A stretch of DNA of 64,000 nt from Kudoa neothunni (lineage: Eukaryota; Animalia; Cnidaria). The notes below the pieces were generated by a model. It was not told the DNA's origin. It did no database searches and saw nothing but the letters and a program-made list of their open reading frames with translations. The stretch is from positions 3,888,670-3,952,669 of the forward strand of contig OZ199839.1 in assembly GCA_964304625.1 (NCBI GenBank), written 5' to 3'. Positions within the stretch are counted from its first letter, which is position 1. Each line of letters starts with the position of its first letter. Made by a program: the position numbers and the translations under genes. Positions 51,601 through 64,000 of this stretch are shown here, piece after piece.

Positions 51601-54600
51601 TATTATCTCCATGCTGCAAATCTGCTGCATACTTTGAAAATGTTGCGTAAAAGTGCCAATTTAAAAGTTGACTCCGACAGTACAGATGACGATCTCCTAG
51701 AAACCGATGGAATTGGTGATACTTCATAATTCTTAAATTTCCATTTATCTTGAGACAATTATTAATAATAATGATGATAGACTTGTTGAGCACCGAAAGT
51801 TTCTGTTCATTGAACAGCGTTACTCGTCTCAAAATACTACAAAAAAGATACGCGTAAAAATATATTGTTGAGTAGAATTGTCCATTAAATTTATTATTTT
51901 AGCATACTCATATCTATAGCACCTCTGCTACCGAACATAATGTGTATAACAACTTACAGCCCTTATAATTTTGGCCCATTTCATACCCGAAGTAATTGTT
52001 GTGGTGGTTGGTAGGATGTTTAATTATGGTTACCAAGGTTAAAACACCTTGGTATCGACTTTTTCTATATACAGCATTAGAAAATGGTCCATACTCTTTG
52101 TTTCTGCCCAAAGGTTACGTGTTATCGTTTATTCCAGAGGAACTGCAAGTATTTCTGATTCACGTCCTATTTTTGATTGATTTAATATAATCATTTTAAA
52201 TTCTACTTCAAATTTCAACCATTTCAATCCCACTGATCTTCAAGTTTATGAATGTACAAAAACCGCACAAGAGGTCTGGGAACCTTTTTATATTTAATAA
52301 AAATCATTACAACTAAAAATTAATGATTTAAATAAATAATTTTCCTCGTTAAAAGACAAGATTTATTAACTTGGCATTTCCAAGCACGTGTAATGATATG
52401 TACAGTGAATATTTTCGCAAAATTTAAGTGGGACATGAAAATGTTTAATTTATAGTGTGTGCTATAAAAAGATTCTTGGCGGGTTTTCTGAAGGGATATC
52501 AACTAATTTAAACGTTAAGAATGGTAAATCATTAGATGCTACATAATTTTTTATAAACTTTTTATTCTAACTAAATAAAAGTAGCGATTATTGCACTGGA
52601 TATATTTTTATCCAGCAACTCTTAATCACAAGCTGGTTATGGATTTAATCTTTTCGAACCTGTTATATTTAATTCTTTTCCCCCGCTGATTCGTTCATTG
52701 GAGCCTAAAATAGTTAACTACAGTCAAATTACACTCACCTCAATATTATGTATCATGTAAATAGCCACTCTCTTTAAATATGAAATACTCTATATGATCA
52801 TCTGCCAAACAAAAATACATCGTTTTCATTACTCATTTCATCAGAGTACAAATAAAAAAATTTACACGCATGATTTTTTCGGATAAAATATATTCCTTGG
52901 ATTCCTAGTTTAGACGTTTGACTTACCGTCAAATGTGATTTAAGAAAAATATAAATGTATATAACGGTCATTCTTGACTGGAATGAGGGCTGAAAAAATA
53001 AAAAGGTGATTAAATTTTTAAAGATTCGTCGTACTTATAATCACCAGGCTTATTTTATTACATACAGTAATTATCCGATTTTCCGCACTCTTTTGATGAT
53101 CCCGAGAGGATCACGTAAAATCGGTTACCAACTGTAGTCACCTCAAGAAAGTCATGGTGCTTTTGAATTAGTTTTCTACTGAAAGAAACAGATGAAGATT
53201 CGTTAATTGTGTTAGAAATATTCACTAGGGTGGATTTTGTGTGTGTATTTGAAATTGAGGGTATTTCTTTTATTTAAACTTTAAAATATGTTTGAGAAGT
53301 TTTTAGAGGTTAGTATATTTTAAAATATGAAAAAGAAATGATGAGATGAGTAACTGTTAAGGAACAGTAAAATTTTTTCTGTAAGAAAGAACGAGCTTAA
53401 GATTCTAGTCTGTTAGATATTTAGGAAAAATTAATATTGTCATAAACCTTTTTGGTTGAATAATGGTGAAGTGGAAGGATATTTATTGGTCAGAACAATG
53501 GTCACATGGCATACTTCCAATAAAAAATGAAAGCCCTTTATTTAACAAGGAAAATGTTATTCGCTCATTTATTCAGTTGTTGGGAACAATGTTTTATTTA
53601 TTCCATTTTAAATATACATTAACACATTAATTTAATTAAGTCATAATTATTTAAATTATAATATACCGTCCCTGCCGATAGAATAGACCAGCCTTGCCTA
53701 AATTGTATTAATCTATTGTATCGTAACTTTCTCTCAAATTGGAGATGTTTTTTTGTATGAAGAAATTAATGAAGGAGAAATTTTCTGTCCACCGCCATAT
53801 TTTTTTTTCCTCAAGTAAATCCTTGATACAAAGTTTTTAAACAATCTCTGTCATCAACTTAAATACATTAAGCATCTTATTCGTTTGATTTTTAAAATTC
53901 TCTTTAGATAACTCCAGATTTTGTTTTCTCATTTACCTAACCCATTATTTCTTCAACTAAAACATCTAAATCGTCTAAAAATTTTGTGCAGTGTTTTTCG
54001 CATCTGAAAAGTATATCCAGAATCAAATTAACTTAGAATATTAGAATTCATTGACGGAGTGCCGTTTTTAAGAATTAAATTGACTAAAGATAAAAGTGTT
54101 TAACAGTTCTAACCTTAAAAATCTTGTCATACTTATTTTACCATAAAATTTATTAGTTTACATCTTATCTAACGGAAAATATTTTTAAAATTTTTCAGTC
54201 GCATTTCTTCAAATCTTTCAAATTTTTTTCCATGTAAAAAATTTAATAATATAATAATCATTAAAATTATGTCATTATAAGGTTACTTAATAAATATATG
54301 TTGATTTTGTAGTATTATATTTGAAAAGGCGGAGTATCCACCCTTACGCATTAACTCTGGACTTTTGTGCTTGTATGTCGAGGACATACGATTTTACGAT
54401 GAAAAAAATTCAATACCGATAAATGGATATATTAATTATAAATTTTTCATATTTTACATCTCGATTTTAAAATATTTTCCAAGTAAATCCATTAAATAAT
54501 AATTTTTGGCATATTTACCTCAATATTAATTTAAAGGAAGTTTTTTTAACTACACTCTGTATTAGTCTCTCTTCAAATTTTAAATCAAATACTTCTTATA

Positions 54601-56638
54601 CAATAGGGGTGGCCAAAACCGTGGTTCTTGAAAAAATTTTGTTTAATTTAACCATCACGCTAATTTTGAAAACCCCTAAAGTTTAAACTATTTAATCGAG
54701 CGAAGAAATGAATTCTTTAATCGTAAACAGATAATATATTTTTTTAGAAAAACATAGTTACAAATTAACCATATAATTTTAATTCTTTATATAAACTATA
54801 ACTATTTCCGGTTTCATTAGGAAATAAAATTAGAACTCATGTTTATCCATTACCAACGTGATAGATAACGAAAGAATAAAACATGCATTAATGCTTTAAA
54901 GATGATTCAGAATTCCAACTCACCAAGCGAATTTTGGAAGTACGTTCCAGAAATTAAATACACAAAATTAAAAGGAGTTTGTCTCAACTTGTTTCTATCT
55001 TTTTCACAACTTATTGCTGTGAATCTATTTATTCACCGATGAAGTTTGTAAAATCGAGGCATCGCAGATCCCTCTCTCACAAACAAACAACTAACGATAC
55101 TAATTCGTACAAGCGTCAACAACATACGAACCAGATTAACGTCAGCTCACTGATAATATGGGAACATAAAAAACTTGTAACATTAGAAACAATTTCTAAA
55201 CAAAATCGAAAGCATTAAATTCTTGTGTTATTACGTTATTCGTAAATATTTTATTATTTTTTGCGACTTTTTTCATAGAGAAAAATTTTGTTGGATCCTT
55301 AACTACTAATTTACTTATTTGGAAAAACCATCATAAATTATATCTGTAAAAATTATAAATAAGTTTTCCAGTGATTAACTGAATAAGAAAAGATTAAACA
55401 ACCTTTATTTATAATTCCACACAATTTTTTATTAATGTTCACCAAAAATTCCCCCAAAATACAAGTCTTAAATAAGGAAGGGGTGCACATAAATGATTTT
55501 CATGCCTTGTGGCTCTTGAAAATTTTGACAACCTTAAAATTGGCTCCCGATGTGGGCAAGTCTGGCCACCCTGTTATATAATATAGGGAGGTAGTTGTTA
55601 AAATAGTTATCTTAGGATTAAATTAAGCCTTGAAGTCGTATTGACTTCAATATCTTCAGGGGGTAAATCAAAATAGAGCTATAATTGATTTCATAATTTA
55701 ATGTATAACTCCGAATACTATTAATGTTAGAAATTTATGCCGAGTGATTATTCTGTGAATCTAATATGTGAATCATAAATACCGGCTCGAGCCTTCTTTC
55801 ATTTCACAGGAAATAAAAATAAACGCAGTTATCCATCATGGACGGACACACACAATTTAATTTTAATTGTATTTCTAACGTTACGTTACGCGACTGACAA
55901 GGTTAACTAGGTAAATATTCCCAACTTATTCATTTTAAAATCTCATTTGATCTAATGTATACAATGATTAAACTTCAAATTTTTAGATTTTCGAGATTTC
56001 TAAATTTTTTAAACATTTTTCGGTGACTATACATAGAAGCGACTTAAGAATGAGTATTTATGTGATGGTTTCGAAACGGTTTTAATAGCTTATATCGAGC
56101 TTAATTAGTTAACTAATAAAATAATTTTATGCGATTGAGAGCAAGATCCTGAATTAAACAAATATTTTAGTTGTATGAAGAATTGATGATCACTCCATAT
56201 CGGTGTGAGTCCAGTAAGGTAAAAACAGACGCAGCTCTTATGGTGATCAACGGACTTTTGGAAAATTCCGCTCTGTTGGTTCAAGCCTTCAAACCGATCG
56301 ATTGCTCTGGCGTCAAACTTGTACATATTCCATTTCCATTTGATATTGGATCAGAAGACGACCTCAAAAGCGGTATAACGTATCTATTGGGAGACATATC
56401 TAACAAATTCAACCTCGACTTGTGTTTCGGCTATGTGACGTTGGCTTTTGTGGAACGTTGTAATGAAAACGACCTAACACCGGGCACACAGACCAAACCA
56501 ACATCACCGGAAGAACTTTATCACGGTAATGCCTATAAACAATTTTTCTTACCTAAGGTATTAAATTGGATGTATGGCAGACAAATCCCAGAATGTCGAT
56601 CTAATGATGTCAGGAGTGGTAATAACAGACGTGGATGA
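48685..56638 (+). CDS. FAM91A1: FAM91A1-like protein, about 16 exons, with several apparent +1 frameshifts
   Basis: PYHLS; [118 protein letters not shown]. Confidence 0.92.
53065..53134. mobile_element. 70-bp pogo-type mini-MITE in a FAM91A1 intron
   Basis: TA-CAGTAATTATCCGATTTTCCGCAC ... CACGTAAAATCGGTTACCAACTG-TA; TIRs resemble those of 44690-46609. Confidence 0.55.
54604..55573 (+). mobile_element. hAT Buster/SPIN-like deletion derivative in a FAM91A1 intron
   Basis: TIRs TAGGGGTGGCCAAA / CAGGGTGGCCAGA; 8-bp TSD ttatacaa/ttatataa; remnant EFWKYVP...LVSIFFTTYCCESIYSPMKFVKSRHRRSL (Buster C-terminal motif STYxCEQxFSxMKxxKSxxRxxL). Confidence 0.85.
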
Positions 56639-58776
56639 CGTGAAAAAATGGGATGGTCATTGGATCCCTCTCGATCTCTGCTATGGAATAGCGTTGTTTG
56701 ATACTCAAATGAACATAGCAATATGCGATAAGGTAATCATAGTTTTAGTTTGATCTGATTTACGTCAATAAAAAATTCGGCGGTTCTTTCCACTCTAAAA
56801 TTTAATGTTTAGCCGCTAATTTGAGAAGCGCTTCAAAAAAATGTTGTGTATGCTTGGCAGGCGCAATACATCGCGAGAAACAATTTTAATTTTCCGGCAC
56901 ACAGCACCACTAACCGATCAACCCAAGCGCTCTCCGCCGACTCCCTTGTCGGTAAGTAGATTAAAGCGACGTTAAAATTCATAAAAACGTGGACGTTACG
57001 ACAATAAATCCGCCGAGTATTATCAATGAGGTTCTAATCCTTAAGATGTAAGTTTTAAAAAGGGGATTAGATTGAATTTGAATATAAATACTAAATTAAC
57101 ACTAATTTGTGAGTACATTAATGTTGTCCTATTTAAGTAATAATAATAATAATTTGTACACACAACCTAACCGGTGATAATAAGTTTTCATAAAATATTA
57201 GACATTGAAATCATTGCGATAATCTCTAGCCAATTTCAACACTGGACAATTAATTACATGCTGCAGCATTGAATAATTAAACTTTAAAACTGATATATTG
57301 AGTTAAAACCTTTGAAATGAAGGAGGAAGTGGATGGATAATTTAAATGTTATTATTTCTATTCGATCACATTTAGTTATCTATTGAATTTGCTATTGTTT
57401 CTATTATCGTAATTAGTTGTAATCATTTTGTTACACATAATAAAATGTGATATTATGTCTTCCAAATTTTTTTTATATCGTGACATCTAATCATAAAATC
57501 CTTATTTGATTAATATTCAGTAATCGCTCTCACCCTAATAAAATAATAATAAGTGATTATTTTAATCGACGGATTTAATTTTTGTCTTGAATGTTTATAA
57601 TTATATATATATATTGGGGGTGCGAAAATGAACACTAAGAATGCTCAATATATTGAACAACTAGCTATCAACTAATATTTATCGAATCTATTACATCAGT
57701 TTAAAATACACATTGTATTAACGCTGACATTGATTGATTGGATGACTGATCAATCAATGTGTTAATAAAAACGTTTTACAACATGCTGTTAATTAAACTG
57801 TTGGATTATTGTTCGTTATAGATAAAGAATAGAAATCTTTTCTACAAAACCAAGTATCCTCTGTGGCAGGTGATAAAATAAATTTATTTCATTATTTATT
57901 AGTTTGGAAAAATACACCGAAGCAACAAGATTGCGATCGATTGAGTTGACTAACTTCATGAAAAAGCATCAAGTAAATAAAAATTAGTCTAGATAAAATC
58001 ACTGTCAGGATTATGGCCGGATTAGGCTACTCAACTCAATGTAGTTTTGTGGACACTATTAACCATCTCTTGCCACCCAAAAATTTAAATGACTGAAAAT
58101 ATTTAGGCAATAAAAGGACAATCACCGCAACAAAATAAAAACAATCATTTCGATACAGAGACCCTACCGACTTATCCTATCCTTTTCAATGGGACTAACA
58201 CTACCCAATGGAGAGATCCTCTCATTGACAATCATATTCTGGATTATCTATTTCATTAACTAGGTTGGTTAGGCATAACACGATGTTGAGCAATTTATGG
58301 ATAAGTAGAGAGGATTATATTTTTGATTTTATTCTGTGAATTTTATTCATGCAAGCATTGACTGCTCACCTAAATACATTCATCTTTGTCGGAACTGTAA
58401 CAATTGATACGTTGGTTTTAAAATGAATGGGTTATGTTAGCGAATGTTAAGGGTGTTAAATCTTATTTTCCATTATTGTATACGATCAGGTGCATAAGAT
58501 AATCCCATTTAAAAGTTTGCACACATTGTTTGTTAGTAGTCGAAATATTACCTACGGACATAGGGTGGACGAGTGTAGATAACTTTGGATATAAACGGCA
58601 TAAGCGAATCCATCTAAGACGAGCACCTCACATACACACACATAGTTTCTTGTTGGGTATTGTGATACGAGTAAAATATTGTGTCTGATGTGTGGAGATA
58701 ATGTCTATTGAAATGCTGCTTAGATTCTTCTGTTTAAACTTGAAAGCAAAACCATCAATAGCCTTGCTTCATCAAT

Positions 58777-61352
58777 ATGAAAGAGTTAAAGTCAAATTCT
58801 TGCTATTCGGCCAGTCCCCAAACGGAACATCCCATAATCCATGTCACACCACTGATAAAATCCCTATCAATATTCCTCAGTTCACAGTGAATATTCCATT
58901 GGAAACTGATGAGCATCTTTGTTCACTCACTGAAGACAATAAAATTATTATCGAAAGAGAGAGTATCTTTAGTTTTAGGATCAATCAATGTGCTCACGTT
59001 TAATGCTGTAGAGTCGAATCCTTTAAAAATCATGATGGATAAACGAACACTCTTGAAAAGTGAACCCGCACCCATTGCGGTTGTCCCACCCTCGACCCCA
59101 GTTGTCCCAGACAATCTTTGCAGCAATGTCGATATCGATGAAATGGATGAGATAGATGATATTGACGATATGGATGACGTGGATGACGTGGATGACCCCC
59201 TTATCGATATTCATGATCACATGCATAGAGATATATCCAATAGTAGCTATACAACATATAGCAACGATGATCGTAGCACAAACAATACCTATTACTATGG
59301 TCAAGGAGCTTTGCCCAACCGAGCACCACCGGTCAATCCTTACATCGATAGCATTAATGGTATTTCCACATGAATACAATAGTTTATAGCAGATGAAAAA
59401 ATTGAGATTATACTATTTTATAATTAATCACTTAGACAAGCTACACGTACCAAACATCACCAATACTGTGCCGGCTAATTTAGCAGCTCCAACCAACGAC
59501 TTCGTTATGCCTATTAGTGAGTCCAACAGACCTCCGTATAATTATGGTAATGTTGTGGATCGCCCACCCTATCCATCTACGAATCAACCTCCAACTTCAC
59601 CATCAGGAATCCCTCATTTTCCGTCGGATAATCGCTCCAGATGTGACTGTTACCCTACAGCTAACGTTAATGCTTCTGATCACAAACTATCCTGGTTGTT
59701 ATGTGGTTGATAAAAAAATTGCTCCTGAACATTTGGAAGCCTCTCCTGTCTATGAATACCATCACGAATATCATCCTGATGCTAATTACTATCATCAGAG
59801 AAATCACTCTTTATCGCCAAATGCCCCTTCCACCAACCACAGTTATCAAAAACCCCAATATAATAATTATAACCAACAAAACAACTCCCCTTACGTAAAA
59901 AAACATATTCCAGTGGAAACAATCAAGACAGCACCTCCCAAAGATGACACGTACGATACAGATAGTGCAGATACTTTTGTCGAACAAATAGCCAAAATCT
60001 ATATTACTGAACGTCCAACACCTCGAGATCAGGAAAAAACGTATTTATTGTAATCGATTTGTTTTAGTGTACAATTTGTTTTTGTAGTAAACCATGCAAT
60101 TGTCAAAAAACTGGATGTCTTAAATTGTATATCATTAATTATATGTAGTGATCCGTCATTAATTATTGTCGAAATGTGTTGGTAGATACTGCGAGTGTTT
60201 CGCTAGAGGCGAAAGTTGTCTTAATTGCAGTTGTAAATGTTGCCTAAATACTCCCAAACGATTTTGAGCATTGGTTTAAAAGCATCAATGTATCAATTTG
60301 TTTGGTTATTTAAATTTCTACAATGGTTTTAGTTGGTCAAAAGCCGGAGGAAAACTTTATTGGCAATGTCACCCAAAAACAGTGTATCTATACACATATT
60401 TTTCACGATATTTGTTTAATGAATCTTCATTTCAGAGTGGAAACAAGTTAAGGCGAGGATGTAATTGTAGGAGGTCGCTATGCCTGAAGAAATATTGTGA
60501 ATGTTATGATGTACGTTTTTGATTAGAATATTAACGTATTTTTAATCGTGCACTGTGTAGAAGAAAATACCTTGCAATAAGTATTGTCGATGCATCGATT
60601 GCTGCAACGGGATGGATAGTCAACATGTTAGAAAGGCTCAAAAAGCCTCTAACAATGATTCACACAATGCTACGATCCCGTCGTCCGGTGAATCTACTTC
60701 ATATCGTAACGCCTCATACACTGACCCAAGTAAAAGTTGTTTTCTATTCTGATGTCCAATCTTCTGAGTCTGGTATATATAATTATTATTAATCTCCGTG
60801 TTTATGTCGCTGTATCAACTTGATTGGTATTTAGAAGCTACTGTTCGATACGACCACTTCAACGATAGAATACACAGGCATGCTACTGCCGCCCAATATC
60901 ACAATGGACCTCGCCGTGTTCCTGTTATTCAGTTACATCAGCATCATGAAGCACATCCAAAACATTACGCCCCTAGACTCCATTCTAGTCAGTCTTCTAA
61001 TGATCTTGTCAATAGAGCTGGCAGCAGACCTTATCGTAAACTTCCTCATATTCATCCATACACTAAATCAAGTAGTTTTCGTCTGCTAATCTCCTTCTGA
61101 CTCTAACATTAACCAGATTCCACCCCGAATCTCCTCACTGTTTATTCTACTCACAATGCGAGTATTAGGAGTCGCGGTCCTGAATTCTCCTCCAGCAGCA
61201 AAATTAACGATCGATCTTACAATAGTGGTGGTATAAATAACAAACAGGTATGCTCATTTGGGTTAGATCAGTTTTTAATTTTTATTCTCAACTACCAGAT
61301 GATGAATCAATATCTTAGTCTCATTGCGAGAAATCCAGACCGAAATGAATAA
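58777..61352 (+). CDS. LIN54: LIN54/tesmin-family protein with two CXC (CRC) domains (MuvB/DREAM subunit)
   Basis: [34 protein letters not shown] and [35 protein letters not shown]; long low-complexity N-terminus. Start codon uncertain; apparent +1 frameshifts. Confidence 0.85.
59130..59196 (+). repeat. coding 9-nt degenerate tandem repeat (DIDEMDEIDDIDDMDDVDDVDD)
   Basis: GATGA(C/A/T)-RTR units repeated about 7 times. Confidence 0.7.
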
Positions 61353-62642
61353 CTGCTTCCACTGAATGTTTATGTACATTGTGTATGGTAGTGTGAATAC
61401 TAGCTATGGTTAGATGTTTAGTAAATAGTAATTTTTATGACTAATTCGTACATATAATCTTTTGAATGATTTCATCAACTGTAGTATTTATTTTGCCACC
61501 GAATCTCCTCATGAGCCTATTACTAATCATATACCATAGGTCGGTTACTACCAACACATGGGCCAAATTTGACACCCGAAATGTTTTCATACAGCCCACG
61601 AGGGGTCCAGTGGTGGTAGAGCCAAATTGTTTTTTTTATATATAGCATTTATATAATTTCCCCTATTTTTATAATCGATCTTTTCCGTATGTAAGAAGCT
61701 TAATAACAAATTAAAATGAGTTGATTAAATATTATATAGCTTTTTCCAAATATAAATTTCTATAGGATATCGCCAGATCAAATCAATAATAAATAGCAAT
61801 TTTTTAAATGTTATTTTTTTGCGAATCATACTGATTGGTTATTTTTATTTGACTTATTTAATTTTCTCCTTTTAGCACATAATTTACTTGAGCAACTATA
61901 ATTTATATTTATATAATCTAATATTATTTTTATATAAAATTTTTGTTTCTAATATTTTACGATAATTATAACATTTTTTAAAGTTAATTCTTTATTACTT
62001 TACATAAAAAATGTATATTTAAGCAGGGATAAATAATACCTCTAATCGTTGAGTGTTGAGTTATGAGACAAGAAAATGTAATAATTTATCCTACTTAAAT
62101 TATTGTAGGGAATTAAGTTGATCAGGAAAGTTTTGTTTTTAATTTGTGCACTTCAGAAATAATTAGAAAAATTCCCTAAATATAAAAGAAAATAATAAAA
62201 TGTGTAATTTTGAGACGTTTTTACTTGGATTATTATTTTCTAATTTATATAAAAGTAAAATTGAGCTTTGACCCTTCACACGAAAAAGATGATGCGAGGT
62301 GAGCGTAGGAATTAGCATGGGGTGCGGGTGAGAAATATGTAGGGGAGCATTGGCATAGCACAAGCTGGGTAGAAATCTATCAATATGGTCAAGTCTCCTT
62401 TATTTCATACAATATCAACGTCAAAATCTCAAGAAATAAAGTCGACGTCAATATATTTTTAAATTCTACGAAAATTATCTCAACGTATTAAAAAAATACG
62501 ATAGGATTAAAGATCTGACATAAGCTTAAAGTAACGTGGATGTAGTTACTTTAAGGCCTCGAAGGGTCAAATCTTATAGATACAAACGGAGATGAAATAT
62601 AAAATACATAAAAAATCATTTGCTATTAAAAAGATTTTGTAC

Positions 62643-63990
62643 ACTCTCCAAAATGCTATCATAGTCGTCAGCATTGCATCTTGATCCAACCAGCTAAATA
62701 AAACTCAAGCACAATTTCAAAGTTGTTATGTTACGTCGTAAGGAGTTTCACCATATTTGTTTTTGGGATATTTGTTGATTCCATGCTGAGTAATCAAAAC
62801 TTTCACTGTTTCTTTCGCTCCAAATTTACACGCTATATGCAGAGGTGTTTCGAAAAGCTACGATAAATTGATATGTGTATTCAAACGTAAAAGAATTACG
62901 ATTTTATCTGGACTGTTGAGGTAGAGATCAAGTGTGTATGAAGTGTAATCTCTACATTGGTTATTTTTCAAAATGTCCTCAATCGTATCTTTATCATTGT
63001 TAGGAACCAAATGACATGCTTGGCACCACATATCGTTTCGCATCAAGTCTAACAACAATGATATCACTTGGGGTTGGTTCTTTTCAGCGGCTATGTGGAA
63101 TGCATTTCTTCTAGTCCCTTCGTGCAGTATAACAGGTGTATCGATAGAAGAAATGACGTAACGAGGATTGTTCAAGCAGCATAATAAGACCTGTTTTAAA
63201 ATGGGCAAAATTAAAGTTTATTAAATTGAATCTACATAAATTAGAATGAAACAACTATCCACCATGATAGTGAATTAGACATTTTTAACAGTGGTTTCAA
63301 AATTGTCGTGCCAAAAAAACTGATTACATTTTTAATATCACCCTTTTCTATATATTTTCGGTATTTCAACAAAAACTTGGTCGGAATTGACTTCCAATTC
63401 TTGAAAGGGGCCAACTGCCCATTTTTATTGTTTGAGATTGATAGTTTTGGTTGATCGAACTCATTAGATTGAATCTTTGAAAACTCTCCCTGAAAGGATA
63501 ACATTGAACTTTCAGCTTCGTCGTAATTAGTAAAGGTTCTAAACCTTAGTTCAGGGTCCACTTTAGCTAACTCTGTAACCTCTTTCAACGAATGTACTAT
63601 GTGTGAATTTTTGGATGACTGCACTACGAAATATTGAGAGGGTGATGTCCAAACTGCTTTATTAGGAGTCGATTGCATTCCCATTTTGGACATATCATGT
63701 GACAAGCAATCCAATACTTTATCATCAATAAATTTATCTGCTTTACGTTCAACTGTTGACTCTAATGTGGGAATCGGAAGGCAATTAGAACCGTCATCGG
63801 ATTTGTATTTATTGCAATGATTGGAGTCGTTGTTAAATGAAATATCCAAATTTATTTTATCATTTAATGCTCTTTCAATCCGTTTTACCATCATTTTTCT
63901 AGTGTTTGGGGTAATTGGGCATGTTTTTAAACCTAGTTCAAAGGCTTTTTCCAGTAACTCTTTATCGCTCAAGTTGTCAATCCCACTCAT
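62643..63990 (-). CDS. ANKLE2: Ankyrin repeat and LEM domain protein 2 (LEM4); 3' end uncertain
   Basis: N-terminal LEM (LSDKELLEKAFELGLKTCPITPNTRKMMVKRI); caulimovirus-like domain (RFRTFTNYDEAE); [52 protein letters not shown]...KNKYGETPYD. Confidence 0.92.
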
Positions 63991-64000
63991 ATTTTTGACT

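Noticed and set aside
53226-54346. hATm-like element with TAGGGTGGAT ends
   Set aside because: Only about 9 bp of inverted match, no TSD and no recognisable transposase.
59023-59389. Overlapping antisense and alternate-frame ORFs in LIN54
   Set aside because: By-product of the 9-nt repeat and low-complexity coding sequence.
1-64000. CRISPR arrays, rRNA, tRNA, snoRNA, retroelements or prokaryotic operons
   Set aside because: None recognised by eye; small ncRNAs cannot be excluded without an Infernal/tRNAscan search.

Overview
AT-rich eukaryotic nuclear DNA; the gene set (LIN54, ANKLE2, COX6C, CWC27, FAM91A1) is animal-like but very divergent. A reduced parasitic metazoan such as a myxozoan is plausible, but that is inference. 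Genes have many tiny GT-AG introns (about 35-70 nt) plus a few kb-scale introns filled with decayed DNA transposons. Genes recognised by manual splicing: WDR70 (partial), CYB5R4, IWS1, a DIS3L2-like RNB exonuclease, CWC27, an unannotated 88-aa four-exon gene, COX6C, HAUS6-like, FAM91A1, LIN54/tesmin and ANKLE2. All mobile DNA recognised is class II: pogo/Tigger (some with intron-containing transposases), piggyBac, Mutator and hAT/Buster. Most notable: (1) the DIS3L2-like nuclease starts with a candidate mitochondrial presequence; (2) an NRF1-like GC palindrome sits just upstream of four start codons; (3) at least 10 same-direction (+1) frameshifts occur in conserved genes, most likely long-read error but worth testing; (4) one pogo transposase has a family-specific intron; (5) an orphan microprotein gene lies head-to-head with CWC27. 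Exon boundaries were read by eye and are approximate.
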